A stretch of DNA of 53,979 nt from a virus (taxonomy: Duplodnaviria > Caudoviricetes): the IMG/VR virus record IMGVR_UViG_3300032053_000102, positions 1-53,979 of that record, one strand, 5' to 3'. A program made the translations under genes and the position numbers. The first letter of the stretch is position 1; every line of letters starts with the position of its first letter. The notes below the pieces were generated by a model. The model saw only the letters and a program-made list of their open reading frames with translations, searched no databases and was not told where the DNA came from. Shown piece by piece: positions 29,309-37,961 of the stretch.

Positions 29309-29343
29309 GCCTCTCGTAACTTGGAGTTACGAGAGGCTTTCTT
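29309..29343 (+). terminator. intrinsic terminator
   Basis: 12-bp stem GCCTCTCGTAAC/GTTACGAGAGGC plus TTTCTT. Confidence 0.8.
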
Positions 29344-29360
29344 CGTGTCAAAGGAGAAAA

Positions 29361-29516
29361 ATGAACCTAAAAATCACAATTCGATTGAACAATATGCGGG
29401 ATGATACGGATGTTTGTGTTGTTAATTACATATTGAAACAACAGATTATGGAACATCTTGATTTAGAACAACATCCACAAGATATGCGTATTCATGTACA
29501 GGAGATTGAAGAATGA
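29361..29516 (+). CDS. small hypothetical protein
   Basis: SD AAGGAG before ATG 29361; coupled to the GT2 gene. Confidence 0.55.
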   Translation: MNLKITIRLNNMRDDTDVCVVNYILKQQIMEHLDLEQHPQDMRIHVQEIEE

Positions 29517-30229
29517 TCTCAATATGTATTGCAGTCAGAAATCAAGGTCACTTGATTGATAAGACATTAGATTCCATATTCAGACAGTATTTGCCAAATC
29601 TAGAGGTAATAGTAACAGATGATGGCAGTACAGATAATACTGCTGAGGTAGTTAAATCATATCCAGTACAATATTTGTATCTCGATAATGATGAATATCA
29701 TAATGGTGTCTTTGCCAAGAATTCTAGTCTCAAACATGCACATGGTGATATTATCATTCAACAAAGTGCTGATGTAATACATACATACCTCAATACAATA
29801 CAGCAATTAGTACATGCACTCAGACCAGGAAACATTACTCTTGCCACAATTTATAATTCTAAAGATGGCAAGAGAGATGAATTTCAATATACTGGACCAA
29901 AGAATTGTAGACCTTTCTTTTTTCTGGGTGCATGTTGGCGTTCTGATATTTGTACCATAGGTGGTTATGATCCTGATTTTGGCCATGTATGTTGGTTTGA
30001 TGATAATTGGCACGCAGACTGCTTGATTAATACTTGTGGCATTAAACCGATATATTTAGATGTAATTGGATTACATCAAGATCATTCACGTCCAAAATAT
30101 GATACTGAACAAGCTAGAAAAATCTATAATCAAAAGAAATACGATGCAATACAAGGTAAGATACCGTATATTTCATCGACTGGTCCTTGGCCTTATGAAC
30201 AAGGAGTTTCAGTATGCGAATTGCAATAG
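29513..30229 (+). CDS. glycosyltransferase family 2
   Basis: 'ISICIAVRN', 'VIVTDDGSTDNT', 'IGGYD', 'FDD'. Confidence 0.9.
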   Translation: MISICIAVRNQGHLIDKTLDSIFRQYLPNLEVIVTDDGSTDNTAEVVKSYPVQYLYLDNDEYHNGVFAKNSSLKHAHGDIIIQQSADVIHTYLNTIQQLVHALRPGNITLATIYNSKDGKRDEFQYTGPKNCRPFFFLGACWRSDICTIGGYDPDFGHVCWFDDNWHADCLINTCGIKPIYLDVIGLHQDHSRPKYDTEQARKIYNQKKYDAIQGKIPYISSTGPWPYEQGVSVCELQ

Positions 30230-30972
30230 TTACATTGGGCATAGGTGATTATTGGAAAGCATGTAGAACATTATTTTATAGTTTGGAAAAATATGGTATG
30301 CTGCCAGATACAGTAGAAAGAATTATGTTATATGATTCTATTAAGCCCCCTGAAGGATTAGATTTTGCACGACCCGTACAAATTATGGAACATTATACTG
30401 ATCTACCTTGTATAAAACGATTTATCAATTCATTCAAACGTATTTTTGCATTTACATTGCCCTATGATCGTATAATCTATTTAGATGCTGACATGCTTTG
30501 TATTGGGGATGCATCATTATTGTGGTCCGAAAAAATTGGTAAGTTGCCATTTTATGCTTGTCGAGATACGGCAGCATTCAAATATTATCCCGATAAATTA
30601 GCAGCGGGAGCAATCGACCCACAATTAGTTTTTAATGGTGGACTTGAAATTTATCATCCTGGCCTATTGCCAGAGTTCCATGATGATTTATTGCTTAGAT
30701 TAAGATCGGGTACTCTTAGTATGTATGATGGTGCAGACCAAGGTGCTTTGAATTCATATTTTCAATTTAAGAATATTGAAGTTGGATTATTACCTCAAGG
30801 CTTAAATTACATACTTGATCCTTTTTGCCCTAAATTACCAGAATGGGAACAAAGAATAATTCATTTCACGAACTCAGGAGCTAATCCATTTAAGTCACCG
30901 GGACGCAATGATCCAGAGACGAGGAAATATTATGAACTTTGGGAAGAGGCATGGAAGGAATGTGTCAAATGA
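30214..30972 (+). CDS. glycosyltransferase family 8
   Basis: 'YDRIIYLDADML', 'FNGG', 'DQGALN', 'IIHF'. Confidence 0.9.
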   Translation: MRIAIVTLGIGDYWKACRTLFYSLEKYGMLPDTVERIMLYDSIKPPEGLDFARPVQIMEHYTDLPCIKRFINSFKRIFAFTLPYDRIIYLDADMLCIGDASLLWSEKIGKLPFYACRDTAAFKYYPDKLAAGAIDPQLVFNGGLEIYHPGLLPEFHDDLLLRLRSGTLSMYDGADQGALNSYFQFKNIEVGLLPQGLNYILDPFCPKLPEWEQRIIHFTNSGANPFKSPGRNDPETRKYYELWEEAWKECVK

Positions 30973-31883
30973 TTGAAGTACCAGAAATTTTCAGATCACC
31001 TACGACTTGGGAATACCCTAAGTATAATCCAGTAACCTTTGAAGAATATTTTTGCAAATACTATGACTACAATGATATAGATACAGAACGTGAATACTTA
31101 CCAATATTTTGGTCTTGTTTTTATTATCAACGACGATATAGAAGTAAAGGAACTTTGGATTTACAAAAGTTTCTCAATTCGTTAGATAGAAAGAAAAAAT
31201 ATTTTACGGTTGTTGTCTATGATGGCGGTATCCATGAATCAGTTGCACATTTAGATTTAAAGGTTTTTAGTGCAGTTGGTGATTCTTTATCTGTACCGAA
31301 AGGTTATAAAGGTACATTAGGTGATGTTGCAATCCCAATTATTTGTCGTCCAGCACCAAATATACAGAGAAATCGAGAACGTGATATATTAGCGGGATTC
31401 ATTGGTGCTAAAACACATTCTATACGTGAAATATTATGGGATACATTAGGAGGGAAACCAGGATTTGTATTAGGTCAATCACCTGTTTATGCTTGTACTG
31501 CTTTTCAACCAGAAGATTGGGCAAGAGTTAATTATGAACGATTTAAGGATTTGATGGAACGTAGTATCTTTGCACTTTGTCCGCGCGGTAGTTCTACAAC
31601 ATCATTTCGTGTTTGTGAAAGTTTGCAATATGGTTGTGTGCCTGTTTATATTAGTGATAAATTCTGGTATCCTTGGTCTAATCCTAAAGATGAAAATGAT
31701 CATGGCGTCTTTGATGATATTGGTCTTACTTGTTTGCCAGAAAATATTAAAGATTTGCCATCACGCTTAGAATCAATGCCACAAGAAATAATCAAAATCT
31801 ATTTAGATAATGGACAACAGATATATGAAAAATACTTTAGTTTTGAGGGTTGTGCAGACCGTATTGTGGAGCAAGCAGTATGA
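30969..31883 (+). CDS. exostosin-like glycosyltransferase (GT47)
   Basis: 'SIFALCPRG...SFRVCESLQYGCVPVYISD'. Confidence 0.85.
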   Translation: MIEVPEIFRSPTTWEYPKYNPVTFEEYFCKYYDYNDIDTEREYLPIFWSCFYYQRRYRSKGTLDLQKFLNSLDRKKKYFTVVVYDGGIHESVAHLDLKVFSAVGDSLSVPKGYKGTLGDVAIPIICRPAPNIQRNRERDILAGFIGAKTHSIREILWDTLGGKPGFVLGQSPVYACTAFQPEDWARVNYERFKDLMERSIFALCPRGSSTTSFRVCESLQYGCVPVYISDKFWYPWSNPKDENDHGVFDDIGLTCLPENIKDLPSRLESMPQEIIKIYLDNGQQIYEKYFSFEGCADRIVEQAV

Positions 31884-32539
31884 TACACATGACAATTTGG
31901 GTAACATCAAGATGTAATTTACGTTGCCCAAAATGTAATCAACAGAATTTACTTGGCGATTATGATATGCCGAAAGAAGAATTTTTAGATTTCGTTTTAT
32001 CAAGTCGAAGTCGTAAAATACATTATGATACAATAGAATTAACTGGTGGCGAACCAACACTTTGGCCTCATTTTAAATCAGCATTACAACTATTACAGTC
32101 TACGAGTATAGCTGATTGGAACACATTTGTGACTAATGGTCGTGATGCAGTTCATGTAGCGAGTATAGCAAAGACATTTGCACCTGTATATGGTGTATCT
32201 GCTACACAAGCAACTAAAATGCAGTTAGATATACATAGAACAATTAATCCAGAAATTTTTATAAATGAATCGCCGCATAGATGGACTCCAGAATGTGAAC
32301 TACCAAATACACATCCTACTGTTTGTATTATAGAAAATAATAGACAAGGAAGAAAAGTTCTACCTTTGGGTTATTATAACAGGAGGATATACCATTGCTG
32401 TGTAGCTAGAGTATTAAGTGGTGATGAACACTCAGTACCATTTGAATCTGATTTCATATCATACTATAATCAGAAACCAAGAGACCAAGAAATGTGTGGA
32501 CGTTGTCTCTGTAATTTTTTAGTTTGGGATCAAGTATGA
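31880..32539 (+). CDS. radical SAM protein with C-terminal Cys cluster (twitch/SPASM-like)
   Basis: CNLRCPKC, TGGEPTL, VTNG; later 'YHCC' and 'CGRC'. Confidence 0.85.
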   Translation: MIHMTIWVTSRCNLRCPKCNQQNLLGDYDMPKEEFLDFVLSSRSRKIHYDTIELTGGEPTLWPHFKSALQLLQSTSIADWNTFVTNGRDAVHVASIAKTFAPVYGVSATQATKMQLDIHRTINPEIFINESPHRWTPECELPNTHPTVCIIENNRQGRKVLPLGYYNRRIYHCCVARVLSGDEHSVPFESDFISYYNQKPRDQEMCGRCLCNFLVWDQV

Positions 32540-32549
32540 AACAAAAAAC

Positions 32550-34517
32550 ATGATGGAAAAAGTCAAACTACGAAGTGGCAATCTAAGAGTACCAGTTGAT
32601 CTAGAATACTCGGGTTCACGCATCTTTCTTCATTTTAATTACTCTAAAGGACTGATCGATGAAATCAAGACAGCATTTGAGGGTCGTAAGTGGCATGGTT
32701 ATGATGAACCGCCACGGAAGATTTGGTCAGTCCCAATTACACCAAGGAACTTGTTTCAGTTAGAGTATTTAAAAGGTAATAATCCGTATGTTAGATGGGA
32801 AATTGATTTAACAGAATCAGAGGAAAAGGTGTGTGAGTATTGTAGTAAATGGGAACGTCCATTGTATAATCATCAGATTGAATCAGTTGCTCATGGTCTT
32901 ATAACTCATTATTTTATCTGGGCGGAGGAGATGGGACTTGGTAAGACATTAGCAGCCATCGTATTGATGGAAATGTCAGGATTACATGATTGGATGTGGG
33001 TTGGTCCCAAATCTGCTTTGCGTGCTGTAATACTCGATATGCGTAAGTGGCGAGCACAAATAGTACCTAAATTTTATACATACGAGGGTTTGAAGAAAGT
33101 AGTAAAAGAGTGGAAAGCAGGAGAACCTGCACCAGATGGCATTATATTTGATGAAGCGTCCAAATTAAAAACACCAACAGCACAGAGAACTGTCGCTGCG
33201 AAACATATTGCTGATAGTATTAGGAAGGATCACGAAACTGGGTTCGTTGGATTGATGTCTGGAACTCCAGCACCTAAATCACCGGCTGATTGGTGGTCTT
33301 TATGTGAAATTGCTGCTCCAGGATTCTTACGGGAACGTGATATATTTACTTTCCGTAATAGATTGGGAGTGATTGAGCAACGTGAACAAATAGCTGGTGG
33401 GGGTATGTATCCGCATCTAGTTGCTTGGCGTGATTCAGAAGATAGATGTGGAATCTGTGGGCAAGAAAAGAATCATGTAAATCATGCCTATAATTTTGAT
33501 AAGCCAGAAGTTGTACATACTTTTGTGCCAGGAATCAATGAAGTAGCTAAATTACATAGACGTATGCAAGGATTAGTGCTAGTTAAATTCAAGAAGGATT
33601 GCCTCGATTTACCAGAAAAGATTTATGAAATTGTACGAGTCGAACCAAGTCCAGATACATTGCGTGCAGCTAGTCTTATTGTAAAGACCAGTAGGCGTGC
33701 AATAGAAGCTCTAACCAGATTGAGGGAACTAAGTGATGGCTTCCAATACCAAGAAATCCAAGAAGGCGAAGAAATCTGCCCGTTGTGCAAAGGCACAAGA
33801 CGATGCACCGAATGGTACGATACCGAATTTCCCAACTTGCCCGCCGATCCCGACCTCATCCAACAGGGAATTCGTTTCGAGTACAATGATGACTATGAAA
33901 AAATCGGTGAGCATCCATGTACCTACTCCTCTCGGGACGTTGAGTGTACAAATTGTGGAGGAGCCGGTGTTGTACCAAAGTATTTGCGAAGTGTAATAGA
34001 AGTACCCTGTCCCAAAGATGAAGTAGTAAAGGAGCAACTAGACTTACATGATGATGTCGGACGACTTAATATCTACGCCGGTTTCACGGGTAGTGTTGAT
34101 CGTGTCTGTAGTATTGTTCGTAATTTTGGTTGGGGTTTTATTCGTGCGGACGGCCGGGGATGGTTAGGTATTACTAATAAAGGTGAAGCATTACCTAACG
34201 ATAAGTTATTAGATATTTACGCCGAAGGCGTCAATGATTATGATCGTCTTGCTTTTATCGGGCAGCCTGGTGCAGCAGGTATGGGTTTGACCCTAACAGC
34301 TTCACCAACTACATTATTCTTTTCAAATGATTTTAATGGTGAATCACGGATTCAAGCAGAAGATCGTGGACACCGTATTGGTATGGATAAAGAAAGAGGA
34401 GGAAGGATCGTTGATATAATTCATTTACCAACTGATGAATTTGTATTAGCAAACTTGCAGAAGAAAAAGGACTTGCAAACTATGTCCATGACTGGAGTTC
34501 AACATGTTTTTGATTAA
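32550..34517 (+). CDS. SNF2-like SF2 helicase with Zn-finger insertions
   Basis: EMGLGKT, FDEAS, SGTP, GMGLTLT, QAEDRGHRIG. Confidence 0.9.
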   Translation: MMEKVKLRSGNLRVPVDLEYSGSRIFLHFNYSKGLIDEIKTAFEGRKWHGYDEPPRKIWSVPITPRNLFQLEYLKGNNPYVRWEIDLTESEEKVCEYCSKWERPLYNHQIESVAHGLITHYFIWAEEMGLGKTLAAIVLMEMSGLHDWMWVGPKSALRAVILDMRKWRAQIVPKFYTYEGLKKVVKEWKAGEPAPDGIIFDEASKLKTPTAQRTVAAKHIADSIRKDHETGFVGLMSGTPAPKSPADWWSLCEIAAPGFLRERDIFTFRNRLGVIEQREQIAGGGMYPHLVAWRDSEDRCGICGQEKNHVNHAYNFDKPEVVHTFVPGINEVAKLHRRMQGLVLVKFKKDCLDLPEKIYEIVRVEPSPDTLRAASLIVKTSRRAIEALTRLRELSDGFQYQEIQEGEEICPLCKGTRRCTEWYDTEFPNLPADPDLIQQGIRFEYNDDYEKIGEHPCTYSSRDVECTNCGGAGVVPKYLRSVIEVPCPKDEVVKEQLDLHDDVGRLNIYAGFTGSVDRVCSIVRNFGWGFIRADGRGWLGITNKGEALPNDKLLDIYAEGVNDYDRLAFIGQPGAAGMGLTLTASPTTLFFSNDFNGESRIQAEDRGHRIGMDKERGGRIVDIIHLPTDEFVLANLQKKKDLQTMSMTGVQHVFD

Positions 34518-35175
34518 GCCAAGCTACAAGATAGAATCACCTATAAGCAGGAAATTAGTATTGGATGCTATTATGCAGGCCGGAGCCACTTGTTATAAAT
34601 CAGAACCAAAGGATGCTAGTGCTTTTGTAAAAAAGATAATGAAACTAGGACATGAATCAGTAATTGAACACTCTAGCATTAGTGTGAGATTCATAATTGA
34701 TCGTGGTGTTTCACATGAATTAGTACGTCATAGATTATGTAGTTTTTCACAAGAGAGTACGAGATACTGCTCGTACAAAGATCAAGTTACCTTTATCATA
34801 CCACCTTGGATCAACCTGCCAGAAGGTGAATGTGATTTTCTAGTGCAAGAAGGTAGATTATATTATGGCGCTAATAGAATTGGCATCGTACCATTAGATA
34901 CTGCCATCTATACTTGGCTTTTAGCAATTTCCAGAAGTTCTGATTCGTACCATACTCTTTTGGAACATGGTTGGACTCCACAACAAGCACGTTCTGTGCT
35001 ACCTAATAGTCTTAAAACTGAAATCGTAGTGACAGCCAATCTACGCGAGTGGCGTCATATATTGAAACTTCGTACATCGAAACAAGCACATCCTCAGATG
35101 CAAGAAATTATGATTCCTTTGTCTCAAGAACTACACACTCAACTACCGGAAGTATTTGATGCATATTCTCCTTGA
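34504..35175 (+). CDS. thyX: FAD-dependent thymidylate synthase
   Basis: 'GHESVIEH', 'RHRLCSFSQESTRY', 'ARSVLP', 'NLREW'. Confidence 0.95.
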   Translation: MFLIKPSYKIESPISRKLVLDAIMQAGATCYKSEPKDASAFVKKIMKLGHESVIEHSSISVRFIIDRGVSHELVRHRLCSFSQESTRYCSYKDQVTFIIPPWINLPEGECDFLVQEGRLYYGANRIGIVPLDTAIYTWLLAISRSSDSYHTLLEHGWTPQQARSVLPNSLKTEIVVTANLREWRHILKLRTSKQAHPQMQEIMIPLSQELHTQLPEVFDAYSP

Positions 35176-35701
35176 TATGGATGGTGTTTTGACTAATTTT
35201 CATTTAGCTGCTCTGCGTACTTTTAATGCAGAAAGGCTTCTTGAATCTTGGCCTATTGGTGAATGGTCGATTCCAAAGGTACTTGGTATATCAGAAGATG
35301 ATTTCTGGGGTGTAATTAATCAAGTTCCTGATTTCTGGTTTCGTATTGAACCATATCCTTGGTTGCATGAACTAATAGATTTGACCCAATCAATAGGTGA
35401 TTATACTATATCTACATCTCCTTCATTTGATCCTGATTGTGCGGCACAAAAAATTCGATGGTTACAAAAGCATATTGATACTAAATTTCATAATTATATG
35501 ATTGGTCATCAAAAGTATTTGATGGCGAATAAAAATACAGTATTGATTGATGATAATGAGAATAATGTAGAACAATTTCAATTAGCTGGTGGTCATAAGA
35601 TTTTATTTCCGATGCGAACTAATAAAAATTATTGGTTGATTGGTCAGAAATTCGAATATTTGAAACAAACACTGGAAAGGATTCACAAATGCTCGTTTTA
35701 A
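35159..35701 (+). CDS. HAD 5'(3')-deoxyribonucleotidase (NT5C-like)
   Basis: 'LLDMDGVL', 'TSP', 'K..WL', 'LIDDN'. Confidence 0.85.
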   Translation: MHILLDMDGVLTNFHLAALRTFNAERLLESWPIGEWSIPKVLGISEDDFWGVINQVPDFWFRIEPYPWLHELIDLTQSIGDYTISTSPSFDPDCAAQKIRWLQKHIDTKFHNYMIGHQKYLMANKNTVLIDDNENNVEQFQLAGGHKILFPMRTNKNYWLIGQKFEYLKQTLERIHKCSF

Positions 35702-35850
35702 CACGCAAAGAGAACCAAAAGATATACATCAATGGTGAAGAAATAGTTATAACTATTTGCAGGATAATATCAGATAAAGTTAGGATCGGAATTGATGCAC
35801 CTAAAAACATAACCATTGAACGCGAGGAACTCCGTGCAAGATCAAAATGA
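35689..35850 (+). CDS. csrA: carbon storage regulator CsrA/RsmA
   Basis: MLVLTRK...VRIGIDAPKNITIEREEL; true start ATG 35689. Confidence 0.92.
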   Translation: MLVLTRKENQKIYINGEEIVITICRIISDKVRIGIDAPKNITIEREELRARSK

Positions 35851-37588
35851 ACAAGTTCATTATTTATCGGTAAATAAGATATTTGCCAACCCAATCTTCA
35901 ATTGTTTTAGTGGTGATGTCAAATTTATTACATCGTCTGGGGCAAAAACATTCAAAGAAATGGAAGGGCATCAAGTTTTTGTCTTAAATATTGATGGTAA
36001 TTGGGAATCGGCAATCGTTAAGAGCTATGGCAAGCAACAATTACAAAAAATAACATTCAGACCTAGATATTGTAATGGTACTAAAATCCCATCAAAAGTA
36101 GAATACACTACGTTAGCAACAATGAATCATCGTTGGATTCTTGCAGACCAATCTGAAACAACAGATTTAGAAGTTGGTTGCAATATACGAATTATTAGAA
36201 ATCGAGTTAATGTAGGTCGTGATAGTGATTATTTTGATGGTTTCGCACATGGATTAATTTTTGGTGACGGTTCTGCTGAAACAAAACAAGGTGGAAGATT
36301 TAGAATTAGATTATGTAAGGATGAAAATAATCATTTAGCTAATTTGTTGATTGATTCTTCATTTTTTAATACAATCTATCGGCCTAAGTCTTGTGGTGGT
36401 GATTTCTTGGTTATGCTAGAATCATTGGAGGATGATTTAAAAGCATTACCTGAAAATAAATCATGGATGTATTTGAATGGATTTATTGAAGGTTGGCTCG
36501 AAGCGGATAGTCGTATTACTTATGGTTCGTATGAATTATATTCTATAAATAAAAAAGCAATTGATTGGATTATAGATAATTGTGCAATAGCCGGGTATGC
36601 CGTAACAGGTATCCATCTTAATACCAAACCTTCTAATTTTGGACCAAGAAAACCGCTGCATAGTGTGCTTTTGAATCCAGAATCAATAATTTATCAAGTA
36701 GTAAATATTGAAGTCACAGATCAAATTGAAACCGTGTATTGTGTAGAGACAGAATCATCTGGTACTTTTACTTTGGCTGGTGGATTACTTACTGGAAATT
36801 GTAGGGGAAATATCAGTCCTTTAGATGTAGTTGACCTTGCCAAGAGTATTGAGAAATCGGGATTGTTACAACCTATTATTGTACGTCCACGTCTTGAATC
36901 AACGCCTTCTGGTTTTGATTATGAAGTTGTTGCTGGTCACCGTAGGCATAAAGCTTGTCAAGTAAATAATATGGAAATGGTATCTTGTTTGATAAAATTA
37001 AATATAAATGATTTTGAAGCACGAACGATCAATGCTGTTGAAAATATCAAACGTAAAGCTCTTAACATGTTACAAGAAGCTAATACTGTACGTCATTATT
37101 ATGAAGCTGGTTGGAATAGAAGTGATATTGCAAAGGAACTTGATGTTTCTCCTGGTTGGGTACAAGTTCGTTGTATGATTTTAGAATTACCTCTTGATAT
37201 TCAAGAAGCTATTGCAGCAGGAATCTTTACTCAAACTCAAATCCGCGATTTACATGGTTTGAAGAATAAAGATCATCAGTATCTTGCCGCACGTAAGATT
37301 AAAGAGGCAAGAGAACGTGGCGATCATTTAACTGTAGAATCAAAGTTACGAGTCGCTAAGAATCCTAATGCCAAACGTGCTAGAAAACGTAATGAGTTGT
37401 TCTTAATGCAAGACGAGATTTATAAAGCTATTGGTAATAATCTTGCAACTAGAGCATTGGGATGGGCTGCTGGAGAAGTTTCAGATATGGATTTCTATTG
37501 TTCACTCAAAGAGTATTGTGATGATCACGATATGCCCTATTCCATTCCTGAATTTGATTTTGACAAAGAATTGCAAATTAGCACCTAA
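35834..37588 (+). CDS. parB: second ParB/Spo0J-like protein, intein-containing
   Basis: After splicing reads 'NPIFN-CRG..LAKSIEKSGLLQPIIV..AGHRRH..VENIKR' plus HTH; probable GTG start 35834 after GAGGA. Confidence 0.85.
   Translation: MQDQNEQVHYLSVNKIFANPIFNCFSGDVKFITSSGAKTFKEMEGHQVFVLNIDGNWESAIVKSYGKQQLQKITFRPRYCNGTKIPSKVEYTTLATMNHRWILADQSETTDLEVGCNIRIIRNRVNVGRDSDYFDGFAHGLIFGDGSAETKQGGRFRIRLCKDENNHLANLLIDSSFFNTIYRPKSCGGDFLVMLESLEDDLKALPENKSWMYLNGFIEGWLEADSRITYGSYELYSINKKAIDWIIDNCAIAGYAVTGIHLNTKPSNFGPRKPLHSVLLNPESIIYQVVNIEVTDQIETVYCVETESSGTFTLAGGLLTGNCRGNISPLDVVDLAKSIEKSGLLQPIIVRPRLESTPSGFDYEVVAGHRRHKACQVNNMEMVSCLIKLNINDFEARTINAVENIKRKALNMLQEANTVRHYYEAGWNRSDIAKELDVSPGWVQVRCMILELPLDIQEAIAAGIFTQTQIRDLHGLKNKDHQYLAARKIKEARERGDHLTVESKLRVAKNPNAKRARKRNELFLMQDEIYKAIGNNLATRALGWAAGEVSDMDFYCSLKEYCDDHDMPYSIPEFDFDKELQIST
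35903..36799 (+). mobile_element. intein (299 aa) with LAGLIDADG homing endonuclease
   Basis: Block A CFSGD, block B TMNHRW, endonuclease blocks HGLIFGDGS and EGWLEADS, block F VYCVET, end TGN followed by Cys+1. Confidence 0.9.
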
Positions 37589-37597
37589 GGAGGTTTC

Positions 37598-37930
37598 ATG
37601 TTGACATTGGAGCAAGTCAAAAGAGCAAGGGAATTACTTGGTACTGGATTAAGTCATAGGGAAATTGCTATAAGAATAGGCATCTCACGCCAAAGTATAG
37701 CTCAGATAGTGAAAGGTTTGATGCCTTGTGAATTAGCAAAAGATGTAGAGCCAGGTAATTGTGAATTATGCGGTAAAGAATTGCCTTGCATTACTTGTGC
37801 GAAAGAATTGGCACAAAAGAATCCAAATAGAGGTGAATTACCGGAAGATGAAGTAGAAATAATCCTTGGGGGTACAAATTTAATGAATAAATATTACACT
37901 ATAGGTGGAAGAGATGCCAGAGTCTATTAG
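37598..37930 (+). CDS. HTH plus Zn-finger protein
   Basis: 'LSHREIAIRIGISRQSIAQI'; CELCG..PCITC; SD AAGGAGG. Confidence 0.7.
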   Translation: MLTLEQVKRARELLGTGLSHREIAIRIGISRQSIAQIVKGLMPCELAKDVEPGNCELCGKELPCITCAKELAQKNPNRGELPEDEVEIILGGTNLMNKYYTIGGRDARVY

Positions 37931-37961
37931 TCCAATACCTTAGCTGATTGGAGACAATAAA

